This document shows positions 15,572 through 25,333 of a stretch of 32,000 bases of DNA, piece by piece. The stretch comes from Micromonas pusilla. Taxonomy: Eukaryota. The stretch lies in contig GG663738.1 of NCBI GenBank assembly GCA_000151265.1, forward strand, positions 1,244,056 to 1,276,055. The letters run 5' to 3'. Numbering within the stretch: position 1 is the first letter of the stretch; each line of letters begins with the position of its first letter. Below the pieces are notes generated by a model. The model ran no database searches and was not told the origin of the DNA. It worked only from the letters and a program-made list of their open reading frames with translations. Position numbers and translations under genes: made by a program.

Positions 15572-18081
15572 TTAGTAATCCCCGCGTCTCTCCACGAAGC
15601 TCGGGTACGTCCTCAGCCGCGCGCGGTCGAGCTCCTCCCGCAAGATCATCATGTCCTCTCTCTGCGCGGTCGCGATGTCCTCGAGTTTTCGTTGCGTCAC
15701 CATCGCGCGCATCTTCTTCTCCGCCGCGCGGGCTTTATTGTCCTTCCCCCCCGACTCCCCCGCGCGCGTCAAGCGTTGCTCTTTGACCTTGACGTACTCC
15801 GCGACAGAGTCGTCCATGGCGACCACCTGCGTGGAGATCTCGAGGTTCTGCGCTCTCTTCTCGTCCATCTTGCGCGTGATCTTCGCGAGCTCGCGCTTGC
15901 GCTCGGAGACCAAGCGCGCGTGCAGCACGCGCGCCTGCTCGAGACGCGCCTCCAGCGACGCGGTTTCGCTGAGGATCTTTTTCCCATCCGCGTCGGTCTT
16001 TTTCGACGGCTTCTCCGGCTTCGGCTTCGGCGTCTTCCCGTCGCCGATGAGAATCTTATCCAGCAGTCTTCGGTCCGCGCGCGTGAGCTGCAGCTCCTTG
16101 ATCTTCACGACCAAGTCCGCGTCCACCATCTGCAGACGCTCGTCCTCCCACTGCAGGTCGTAGATGCCTTTTTTGTACTCCTTGATCGCCTCGAGCGTCA
16201 CGAGCTTCGACGCGCCGCGCTTGTGCACAACCTCGTTCAGACGCTCGATCGTGCTGCGATGTATGAGCACGGCGTCGTCCCTCGCCGCGCGCGTGCCGTC
16301 CGCGCCGTCCGCGCCCCCGAGCTCGGGGGTGATCGCCTCGACGAGGCCTTGCTTCATCACGAGCGGCACGGCGAGGTCGTAGAGCTGATCGAACCGGCGT
16401 CTCGCGAACGCCCTCGCCTCCGCCTGGAGCGCGTCCAATTCGCTCCGCACCTCCGCGTCTTCCTCGGTTATCTTGAACAGATACCGCTGCATCTCCTCGA
16501 GCGTCGCGCGCATCGCCGCGAGCTCAGCCTCTTTCGCGATCTTACGGTCCCGGTGATCGACGAGCCGGTCCCACCACGCCTGATCGAGGCCGTCCACGGC
16601 GTCGAGCGTCGGGTCGAGCGGCTCCACCGGCGGCAGCCGCGGCTTTGGCTTCCCGCTCGACACCGGCCCGCCGAACGCGGCGTTGAAGGGGTCGTGCTGC
16701 GCGTCGCGGACGATCTTATGCGCGGCGTGGTCGCCCTCGCCGCGCCTGCCCGCGAGCGCGCCGCCGGCGAGATGGAACCCCGCGTGCGCGAACTCCTTCG
16801 CGGGCGTCTTCAAGTTTATCGACGACCGCGGCGACCGCTGCGGCGAGTGGTTCGCGTGCGCGGCGAGGGAGAGCCGCCTCGCTGCCGCGCGCAGGCTCGC
16901 CCTCGCGAGGGACTTCTTCGCGGCGCTCCCGCCGGGTGTGCCGTTCGCATTGACTCCGCGCGCGGGAGCTTTGCGGCGCCGGTACAAACCCCAGAGCGTG
17001 TCGAACAGGAGATCCGTCTCCGCGAACGCGGATTTAAAGACGCGCGTGAGCTTGTTATCCTCCGCGACGACTTCCTCGTACCGCTTCTGGCACTCGTCCA
17101 CGCGCTTGGAGAACGCGGCCACCACCGCGGCGCTCTCGACTTTCTGCGCCGCGAGATTCTCTAACGTCTCCGAGATCGTGACTTTCGTGACCTCGTCGTC
17201 GGTGAGCGCGCGCTCAGCCTCGGACGCGCACGCGACGACGTACGAGTCCAGCCGCGCGAGCTTCCCTTCCACGCCGTTGCGCTTTTCGTTGAATTCGGTC
17301 AAGGTCTCGTCCATCTTCGAGATGACCTCCTCGGTCTCCTCGCGCGTCTTCTTCAGCTCCGTGTCTAAGGTTTTGCGGCGCTTCTCGAGCTCTTCTCTCA
17401 GCGCTTTCGCTTTGAGCTCGTACTCCTTCGCGCGTTTCGTTTGAATCTCGCTCCAGTCCTCTTTCGCGACGACGCCGTAAAACTCCGGCTTCACGAGCTC
17501 CTCCATCCCGTCCGAGTCCGGGGCTTCGAGCTGGCCGTTCATCATGTCCTTCAGCGCGCGCACGGTCGGGTCGTTCGCGCCCTTCGCGCGCGCGCGCGCG
17601 GCTTCCTCCTCTGCCTCTTTCGCGCGCTTCGCTTCCTCCGCCGGGGAGAGATACTTTGGCGCGGAAATTTCGTCGTCCCTCACCTCGAGCGCGGCGCCCT
17701 CCTGCTCCTCCGTCGTCCACGCGGGCTCGAACAGCGGCGCGGTGTCGTTCGTGTGCGACTTCAGCTCGCCTCTGATTTCTTTGATCCGCGTGTTTAACTC
17801 CGCGAGCTTGTCCATGGACTTTTGCTTCACCTCGAGCATCTCCTCGAACTCGGCGTTGAACGCGCTCTTCGACTCTCTCGCCGCGAGTTGCGCGAGGAAC
17901 ATCTGCGTGATCTTCCGCCGCGGCGGGTACAGCTTGAACGGGTCGTACAGCATGTTCTCGTGGTTCTCTGGGAGTTTCATCTTCATCGCGACCGCGACGT
18001 CGACGGACGATGACATCCGCGCCGCGGGCGTCGTCGGTTCTTCGCCGCCGTCGCCGCCGTCCGCTTCGCCGCTCGGTTCGC

Positions 18082-18113
<32 letters not shown>

Positions 18114-21100
18114 GCGCCGGGGTTCGCCCCCGCGGTCGTCTTCGCGTCTTCCGCGGTGCCTTTCAAATCGAACGTAGATCTCGTGTCCAACCCGGAGTCT
18201 TTCAAGAACCGCTCCTCCATGACCTCGATCTTACGAAGGAACGACACCTTCGACGCGGTCTTCGTCGCCGCGTCGTCCTTCTTCAGCGGATAGTTTCGAA
18301 CGACGAGACCGGGAGCTTTGAACCCCAAGATCGCGCACCCGTGCGTCGCCATCGTGTCCCAGCACTCCGACTTGATCCTGTGCGCGTCGTACTCCCTCCG
18401 CAGGTTCTCCCCCATGAGCGTCGTTCGAACCTCCTCCACGCGCTCGTCCCCTTCCGCGACGAGACGCGCGTGGAACTCCGCGTCCACGATGAGCTGATCC
18501 CCCGGGATGCGTTCGAGCTCGTCCGCCGCCGCGTTCCGCGCGATCGTGTCCTCCAGGCGCTTCTTCAGGTCGTCCACCTTGGCTCGCATCTTCGCCTTCG
18601 CGGAGGCGATCTTCTCGTCGCCGTCGCCCGCGTGCATCGCGGCGCCTTTCGACGCCGCCACCGCGGCGGCGACGAGCGTCGGCTCGGAGGCGTCGTCAGG
18701 CGCGTCCTGCGCGACGTCCCCGACCAGGTCGACGTGGAGCTCTCCGAGTGCGTCGTCGTCGACGTGTAAGAACCTGCCCTCCAGGCCTTTCACGGCGGAG
18801 ATCGCGACGGACCCGTCGACGCCGACGCTCGCGAGGAGTTCCCCCGGCACGCGCGCGAGGTCGACGCACCCGCCGTCAATTTTCGTCCGCGTCGACGTGT
18901 CGCCGTGGACGACGCGGGTGAACAGCCTGCCTCCGCTGCAGTCCCACCCTTTCCACACCGTGATCCGGCCGTCCGCGCCGCCAATCACCGTCTTATCTTG
19001 TCTCGTGATGACCTGCTTCCCAAACTTCGTCATCGGAATCGTGCTCAACGCCTCTAACGCCTTGCCTTTACCGCCGACCCAATCCGACGCCTTCGAAGAG
19101 AGTTCATACGTCCGGATTTTACCATCCGCGCCGAGGCCGATGACCCTCCCCGCGGCCGTCAGCGACGACTCGACCGCGGTGAGCGGCGTGTCGATCTTCA
19201 CGCTGGCGATGTCGCCCTTGACGAACACGCCCGCCGCGGAGCCATCGTCCATGAAAAACCCCGCGCCGATCTGCCCGGGTTTGTGACCCAACGGCGGAGG
19301 CACGATTTTCGTGATGTACCCTCCCTCGCCGGAGACTATGACTTGGCCGGATCCCGAACACGAGAGCGACATCGCGGGGTACGGAATCGTGACGTACCCC
19401 ATGACGTGCGCGGTCGCGGAGTTCATCTTCGGATTCACGACCTCGATGAAGCACAGCTCGTTCCCTTTCGCCGCGGCGATGATCGTGCCATCCCCGTTCA
19501 TGTCCATGCTATCCACCTGGCCCTCGAAGAGCTTCACTCGCAAGATCAACGACGGCGGCGTGCTGCCGTGGCTGCATCTGAAGACTCTCACGACGCCGCC
19601 CGTGGACGCGACGGCGAGGCATTGACAAACATCCGGCGACCCGTTCGCGAGCGCGGTCACCGCGCTGCCGATCGCGCGTTTCCACGCGCAGCCGCCGGTC
19701 GCGAGGTCCCATCCTCGGACGTACCCGTCGACGCCGCACGTCACGATGACTTTACCCCCGGACATCGCACCGACGCCCGTGGCTCGGCCATAGTGGTAGT
19801 CCCCGATTTTCACGACCTCGATCGGGGATGGGGACGGGGACGGCGCCGAGGCTTCCGCGGGGGCGGCGGCCGCCGCCGCCGCCGTCGCCGCCCCCTCCTC
19901 CTCCTCGCCGCCCTCCGGCTCCTTCACCGGCGTCAGCGGCGCGTCGCCGTCGCCGCCGCCGTCCTCCCCCGTCCCCGCGACATCCGCCGCCGCCGCCGTC
20001 TCCGTCTCCTCCGACGTGATCGCGCCCGTGATGTTCGCCAAGTACAGACCGCACTCCGCGGTGCTCACGACGGCTTGATCAAACCGCGGGCTCCGCTCCA
20101 CGGAGACGACGTCCTCGCCATCGCCCCCGGGGAGCGGCACCGTCCGCGTCGGCTTCACCCGCGTCGACGCCGTCGCGTCGTCGAAGTGCGGGTACACGCG
20201 TAAGACGCCGTCGCCGCCGCCGCCGACGAAGACGTGCTCCTTCGTGAAGGCGAACGCGCGCGTCGGGCCCGCGCCGCCGTCCACCGCGGACGCCGATCTC
20301 GACGTCACCTCCCCGGTCTTCGCGTCCACGATCAACACCCCGCCCAGGCTCGTGCCGACGTACGCGTTCCCGCTCGGCGACCACGCCGCGCCGGTCAGCG
20401 ACGTGGGGTTCACCCCGACGTCTTCCGATCGAATCGCGACGCGTCTGATGAGATACGTCTCGAACACCTTGTCGACGATCGTGACGGACACCCCGGGGAC
20501 GTCGCCGCTCGCGGCGCCCGCCGCGTCCGCGTGCGTCGCGATGAGCTCGTACGCGTTGAAAGGGTTAAACGCGAGCGCGGAGGCGTCGTACGGCAGCGAC
20601 GTCGTGACGATTTCGTCGCCGGTGCGCGGGTCTATCACGCGGAGTTCCAAGTCGGGAACCGCGGACGCGATCGCGAGGAATTTTCCATCGCGCGAGAACG
20701 CGAGCGCGCTGACGCGCGCGCGCGCGACGTTCGGTATCGAGCGCACGAACGCGGACGGGGCGTCCAGGTCGTGGATGTGAACCGTCGGGGCCGTGTCCTT
20801 CGTCGCGTACGCGACGAGGCCGCCGTTCGACTCCGTCGTCGCGAGGCACGAGATCCCCCCGCCCGCGCCGAAGAGCAAGCGCGCGTCGCCCTTCTCCGCG
20901 TCGCTGAACCGGAGCGCGTTCCCTGCGATCGTGACCTGAGATTTCAGCGAGGGAGGGGTGAGGGTGTCAGCGAGAGCGACGACGCGAGGGGTCGAAGGCG
21001 TTCGTTGTTTATGGAGAGGACGCGCGACGGGAAGGGTTCCGCCCGTCGCTGCGCATCATTTATTTCGTTTCAGGCGGGCCAATTTAGGAACGGGCGTCTC

Positions 21101-21204
21101 ACCAGCGTCCTCGCGTCCGCGTACGAGACCTGCCCGGGGACGACGCCGTAGATGTCCTTCACGTGCAGGAGCTCCGTCGCGGCGATGTCATTCTTATTCG
21201 CCAT
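15572..21204 (-). CDS. CFAP43/CFAP44-family flagellar protein (N-terminal WD40 propellers, C-terminal coiled coil), two exons: 21204..21103 and 20935..15572
   Basis: The large ORF has WD-like blades in its N-terminal half (GVDGYVRGWDLATG, GADGRITVWKGWD, GDGVLRVYP). The last roughly 900 aa are long heptad-rich E/K/R/L sequence. The reading frame stays open upstream of the track's TTG start as far as an acceptor TCTCAG|GTC at 20935. Exon 1 (MANKNDIAATELLHVKDIYGVVPGQVSYADARTL) ends at CTG|GTGAGA. An alternative in-frame ATG lies at 21345. Confidence 0.7.
20936..21102 (-). other. Intron 1 of the CFAP43/44-like gene (167 nt)
   Basis: Donor is GTGAGA. A CTGAC box lies about 30 nt before the acceptor AAATCTCAG. 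Both junctions are phase 0. Confidence 0.6.
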
Positions 21205-21388
21205 CGCGCCCGGCGTGAGGAGCGGCGCGTCGACGGCGACCTCTCCTCCGCTCCGCGCGTCGAACTCTGCCCTCCTCGATGGGGATGAAAGGGAGAGATG
21301 CGAGAGACCAGCCCTGATCGTTCTGCTGGTATCGGAAACACGCATGTTGATATTTCTTGTTTTCACCTGACTCGTCACTACCACATTC

Positions 21389-21590
21389 GCCTCTTTAGCA
21401 CAGTCGGCAGTGCGTCGGTCTCATAACAAACCACAAGACTAATTGCTCATACGTGAGTAATAACTAAATCTGCCGCTGGGGAATCCCAGCACACAGGCGA
21501 AGTTTCCTACCTATCCCGCGTACGATGCGGGTCCTCGTCAAGTTTACTTGAGTTATCCGGAGGTCATGAGTTCAATCCTCATAGGAGGCA
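21389..21590 (+). tRNA. tRNA-Met(CAU): Elongator tRNA-Met (anticodon CAU) with an intron: exons 21389..21425 and 21555..21590
   Basis: Hand-folded cloverleaf. The acceptor GCCTCTT/AGGAGGC has 7 bp including one G-U, with discriminator A. The D arm is GCAC-AGTCGGCA-GTGC with G18G19. The anticodon stem TCGGT/TCCGG has the U31-U39 mismatch typical of elongator Met, and the loop is CTCATAA. The variable region is AGGTC. The T arm is ATGAG-TTCAATC-CTCAT. The spliced length is 73 nt. A-box and B-box-like sequences are present, and a T6 run lies 8 nt downstream. Confidence 0.88.
21426..21554 (+). other. tRNA intron at the canonical 37/38 position, about 129 nt
   Basis: It lies between anticodon-loop position 37 and A38 (the boundary is ambiguous by 1 nt because of an A on each side). 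It contains hairpins CTCA-TACG-TGAG (21446..21457), GCTGGG-GAAT-CCCAGC (21475..21490) and CCCGC-GTACGAT-GCGGG (21515..21531). Its 3' end TTGAGTT can pair with the anticodon loop CTCA. Confidence 0.8.
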
Positions 21591-21598
21591 TAGGTTCA

Positions 21599-21604
21599 TT
21601 TTTT
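21599..21604 (+). terminator. Pol III terminator T-run (T6) after tRNA-Met
   Basis: TTTTTT begins 8 nt after the discriminator base. Oligo-T is the established Pol III termination signal. Confidence 0.7.
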
Positions 21605-22075
21605 GTGCATTTAACCACGGGATCATCGTCTACATGATGTAAGGAACCTCTCCACAAAGTTTCAGGTCAATCGGAGCAGTTTGGAGGCGGTGGCGGTCGC
21701 GTCAACGTCGAGAATGGTGCATGTCTAGAAAAAAAACGGCGGCGGCGCCGGCAGGTCGTTCCCAGAGGTTGAGACGTCTTTTTGCGTTATTTCGCGCCCT
21801 CGGCGAGCACACGGTCGTCCGCGCGATGCCAACGGACCTCTCCGTCTCGAGCGGTCTCGAGGCGGCGGCGGTCGCTTCGTCGTTCGTTGCACGCGCGCAT
21901 GTTATCTCGTTCGCGCCAAAAAAATGGACACCGCCAAAATTTTTATTTTTGGCTCACTGCTGAGCGAATAAGGGTTTCCCCTCGCGGGGCGCGATCGGTC
22001 GGCACAACGACGACGCGCGCCGCGCACGCACGGACGGACCGGAGCTCGAACCGTCGTCTCGTCGCCGCGTCCGCG

Positions 22076-22708
22076 ATGCTGCGCGGCACCGTCCACGCGC
22101 TGTGCCGGTCGCTCGCCCGTCGCGGGGACGCGCGGGGTGCCCTCGGCGACGCCCTCGGCGGGGGGGAATCCGCGCGGGCGGGGTGGAGGTGGACGATCGC
22201 TCTCGACGCCCGCGGCGCCGGGTTCGCGACCAGCAGCGCGGGCGGCGACGGCGACGGCGGCGACGGCACGGACGCGTCGCAGCCGGTCATAGGCGCGGAG
22301 TCGAAAGACGCGTGGCCGGAGCGGCGGCGACTGTGGAACGAAGAGCTGAACGAGCTGAGAGTGCAGTGGAGGAAAGAGTTCGAAGAGGCGGAGGCGAAAG
22401 AACGCGAGCGCCTGCGGTTGATGCAGATCAAGTTGGAGAAGGAAGTCGCGGAACGGCGGCGGCTCAAAGCGATCCGCCGCGCGGAGGCGCTGCGTCTCGA
22501 GGCGATCCGTCAGGAGAAGGACCGGAAGAGGATCGAACGGCGGGAGAGACTCGTGGACCACAAGCGGCAGCAGAAGATGTTTTCTAATCATCTGCGAGCC
22601 GCCGCGCGCGAGGAGCATCTCCTGCGGCAGTCGCGGAACTGGGTTCTTAGGGAGCACTTAGACGCGAGGATAGATCACGAGCTCGCGAACCCGGTGGAGA
22701 TGTGGTGA
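22076..22708 (+). CDS. Arg/Glu-rich coiled-coil protein with mitochondrial-presequence-like N-terminus, possibly mitoribosomal mS26-like
   Basis: The first ATG in ORF 21782..22708 gives MLRGTVHALCRSLARRG... A long charged helix follows (WRKEFEEAEAKERERLRLMQIKLEKEVAERRRLKAIRR...). The C-terminal NWVLREHLDARIDHELANPVEMW resembles my recollection of the MRPS26 tail (ITRENLEARVEEALD...YNW). The family call is tentative. Confidence 0.5.
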   Translation: MLRGTVHALCRSLARRGDARGALGDALGGGESARAGWRWTIALDARGAGFATSSAGGDGDGGDGTDASQPVIGAESKDAWPERRRLWNEELNELRVQWRKEFEEAEAKERERLRLMQIKLEKEVAERRRLKAIRRAEALRLEAIRQEKDRKRIERRERLVDHKRQQKMFSNHLRAAAREEHLLRQSRNWVLREHLDARIDHELANPVEMW

Positions 22709-22908
22709 TCGCGTGATCGCGTTTGTTTAGAACGAGCGTTGTACACGCAACGTACCAGTGCATGGGAATAAAAATCTTTCTCGGACTGCCTCCGCGCGTG
22801 AAACTTCGAAAAGAACGCGTCGCCGTCTCCGATCACACTCACGCGGCGCCCCCACCGCGTCCAGTGCGCGAGGTTTCCCTCCCGCGCGTCGCCAGTCCCT
22901 CGCGCGCG

Positions 22909-23007
22909 ATGGCGTCTTTCGCGCTCGCCCGCGCTTGCCCCGCGGCGGTCGCTCGCGCGACCGCGCCCGCGCGCGATCGGCGCGGCAGATCCGAGCCGTT
23001 CGCGCTC

Positions 23008-23050
<43 letters not shown>

Positions 23051-24075
23051 CGGTCCCGACGTCCGCGTCCCTTCGCTCGCGTGCGCTGAGCACGCGTGCG
23101 CTGAGCACGCGTGCGCTGAGCACGTCGTCGCGAACCCGCGGCGCGGTGACCGCGTCCGCGTCGTCCGCGACCGCGTCGCCGTCGAGCGGGGACGGCGACG
23201 CGAAAGACTTCAAAGACTGGCTGGAGACGTTCCGCAAGGCGAAGTGGGACGAAGCCCCGAAGTCGTGGCGGGAGTTCATGGCCACGAAAGTCGCCGCCGC
23301 GGTCGTGGAAGTCGACGTCGCGAACGACCGCGTGAACGCGAAAGAGGTGGAGGGGATCGGTCTGAACGTCCCGAAGGACGGCGCGGAGGCGAAGGAGCGC
23401 GTGAAGAGCAATCTCATTTACTACCGCCAAAACTACGCCATCGTCGTGGCGTCCTACGTCGCGATCGCGCAGCTGTTCGTGAAGCCGGCGATGACGCTGT
23501 GCGTGCTGTGCTTGGGCGCCGCCGCGGCGTGCGCGAGCGATACGCTGCTCGGCGAGCTCGCGCTCGCGTCGAAGGACAAGCTGAAATGGAACGCGAAAGT
23601 CGTCGCCGGCGTGGACCGGACTCAGGCGCGACAGGCGCTGCTCGTCATCGCCGGGATCGGCGCGCTCACGTCGCTGAAATACTCGTGGGGGTACCTCATC
23701 ATGAACGTCGTGTACGGCATCGCGCTGTCGCTGACGCACGCGATCCTTCGGCCGATCGATTTGAAGTCGACGCTGAGTAACTTGTGGAGAGACGTGAAAA
23801 ACGTCGCGACGAAGGAAGAAGCCGCGGCGGCGGCGAAGAAGGCGGTGAAAGGGATGAAGTCCTGGTGGAGCAACCGACGACCGAACGAGCCGACGCCCGT
23901 GGTCGTCGCGGTGAAGGACGATCCGATGAACCCGGGGGGCTTCCAAGACGCGGCGAGGAACGCGGCGCGGCGGCAGCGCGAGCAGAGGGAGAGAGAGAAC
24001 GACGGCGCGGTGGACGCGGATGGGTGGACGAAGGCGGACTCGAGAGGGGAGCTCCCGCCGCCGAGCAAGCGATGA
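22909..24075 (+). CDS. PRA1 (prenylated Rab acceptor) family membrane protein with a long repeat-containing N-terminal extension
   Basis: ATG 22909 (MASFALARA...). The PRA1-type motif ERVKSNLIYYRQNYAIV is followed by two hydrophobic hairpins and LTHAILRPIDL. The N-terminal roughly 150 aa contain (Thr)12 and (RALST)3. Confidence 0.7.
23011..23046 (+). repeat. (ACG)12 microsatellite encoding Thr12
   Basis: Twelve perfect in-frame ACG codons are read directly from the sequence. Confidence 0.95.
23078..23122 (+). repeat. 15-bp tandem repeat x3 (CGCGTGCGCTGAGCA), each unit self-complementary (GCGTGC/GCACGC)
   Basis: Three perfect copies lie at 23078..23092, 23093..23107 and 23108..23122. They encode RALST x3. 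Confidence 0.95.
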
Positions 24076-24198
24076 GCGAGCGAGTAGCGTTCGTCTCGTC
24101 TCGTCTCGTCTCGTCTCGTTTCGTTGTTAAGTAAGCTTACTGTAGTTACGAGTGAGGTCACGCGCTCACCGCGCGGGCTGGCTGGGCGGTCGGTCTCG

Positions 24199-25026
24199 TC
24201 ACAGCTCAACCTTCTTCTTCTTCTTCTCGTTCTTCAGATCTTCCTTCGCCGCCTCGTTCTTCAGCTCTTCCCCATCATCGTCGTCCTTCCGCGGGTCGTA
24301 CGGCAGCTTCCTGATCGTGAACGCGTGCGCGTGCTTGCTCGGCTTCGGCTTCGGGATGTACACCCCCTCCGTGGCGAACCACAGGTTGTTGTTGTTCTTG
24401 CTCTTCGCGCCGCAGACTTCAAACTGCCCGGCGATCGGCCTTCCAAACTTTTGGTCGTGCGAGTGCAAGATCACGCCCGTGCTGACGTGTATCAGCCGCA
24501 TCTTCTTATCCTTCTTCCACACCGTCTCCCCAGCGCTGAGCTCGATCTTCCAGTTATCGTCCGAGTTCGAGTCCTCCGGGGTATCCCCGTCCCCTCGCGT
24601 GCCGTACGCGCTCACCTCTTGGTTCCCGGTGATGGGCGACTTATGCAGATGCGAGTGCAGCCACTTCTTCGTGTTGATATGAAGCAAGCGAACGATCGCG
24701 CCGTTCGCGATCTCGGTCCCGAATCTGCACGGCTCCGCCCCGTGCGCGTGGAGGACTTGCCAGTACGAGTTCGCGTCCGTGGTCTCCGGGAAGCCGGTCA
24801 CGGATTGTTGCCCGCTGCCGCTGCCGTAGGCGATGTCGTGCGAGTGCAGCCGCGCTTTCGTCCCCGAGTGCTGGAGCTTGATCGTGCTCCCGCACGTCAC
24901 GCCCTCGTAGTCCGCGGCGTCGACGTTGGCCGGGTCGTCGTCGTCGTCGTCCCACGCGAACGCTGGGGTTGCGAAGAGCGCGAGGACGCAGGCGACCGCG
25001 GTCAGAAAAAGCGCCGATCGCCTCAT
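24199..25026 (-). CDS. SDF2: SDF2-like MIR-domain ER protein with signal peptide
   Basis: The start is the internal ATG at 25026 of ORF 24199..25476, giving MRRSALFLTAVACVLALFATPAFA (signal-peptide-like). MIR repeats follow, including GSTIKLQHSGTKARLHSHDIAYGSGSGQQSVTGFPETTDANSYWQV, which closely matches the SDF2 family. The Lys-rich C-terminus ends in KVEL. Confidence 0.88.
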   Translation of the reverse strand: MRRSALFLTAVACVLALFATPAFAWDDDDDDPANVDAADYEGVTCGSTIKLQHSGTKARLHSHDIAYGSGSGQQSVTGFPETTDANSYWQVLHAHGAEPCRFGTEIANGAIVRLLHINTKKWLHSHLHKSPITGNQEVSAYGTRGDGDTPEDSNSDDNWKIELSAGETVWKKDKKMRLIHVSTGVILHSHDQKFGRPIAGQFEVCGAKSKNNNNLWFATEGVYIPKPKPSKHAHAFTIRKLPYDPRKDDDDGEELKNEAAKEDLKNEKKKKKVEL

Positions 25027-25333
25027 TTCCTTCGTCGTTCTTCCTCCTCGGCGCGGGCGGGCGTCCTCTCGAGTGATGCGCGCGCGCGGTGAGACGATCA
25101 CGCGCGGATCACGCTCGCGGCGATCTCCGAAGAGACTAGGGCGTCGGTCGTGGGCGTCGACGGCGCCTCGCGCGCGTGCGTGTGCCGCGCCGTCGCGTCG
25201 AACGAGAGTCGAACGAGGTCGCCTCGAATTGTGTCGGCGACTGGACGTGGAGCGACCAGACAGAACGACGCGTGGCTGAAAAAAACCCTTATCGCACCAC
25301 AAGCCACGCGCGCCCGCCTCCGTCGCACGCGCG
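25027..25333. promoter_or_regulatory. Divergent intergenic region (SDF2-like / AlaRS)
   Basis: Head-to-head reconstructed starts lie 307 bp apart. This call is positional inference only. Confidence 0.3.

Noticed and set aside
15651-20780. Many 100-490-aa ORFs overlapping the CFAP43/44-like gene on both strands (for example 15692..17164 +, 19283..20203 +, 20234..21151 +)
   Set aside because: They are shadow ORFs of a 5.4-kb GC-rich exon. None has domain-like sequence, and all are Arg/Ser/Ala-rich.
21070-21384. 104-aa minus-strand ORF as an independent small gene
   Set aside because: Its 3' part runs into a GTGAGA donor and intron. Only 21103..21204 (possibly up to 21345) is used, as exon 1 of the downstream CFAP43/44-like gene.
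21426-21554. tRNA intron encoding a C/D-box or H/ACA snoRNA
   Set aside because: I found no RUGAUGA/CUGA box pair and no ACA/H-box arrangement in either orientation. Only generic hairpins are visible, so the idea is kept only as a check inside the tRNA finding.
21591-22075. AT-richer stretch after the tRNA, including ORF 21721..21963 (80 aa), as a mobile-element remnant or extra gene
   Set aside because: I could see no terminal repeats, target-site duplication, integrase/RT/transposase-like translation or second tRNA-like fold. The ORF is short and compositionally non-coding. The stretch is most simply the promoter and 5' UTR of the downstream coiled-coil gene.
22675-23946. 423-aa ORF antisense to the PRA1-family gene, and the 340-aa off-frame ORF 22758..23780
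   Set aside because: They are Arg-rich and low-complexity. The sense frame has the PRA1 motif and transmembrane hairpins.
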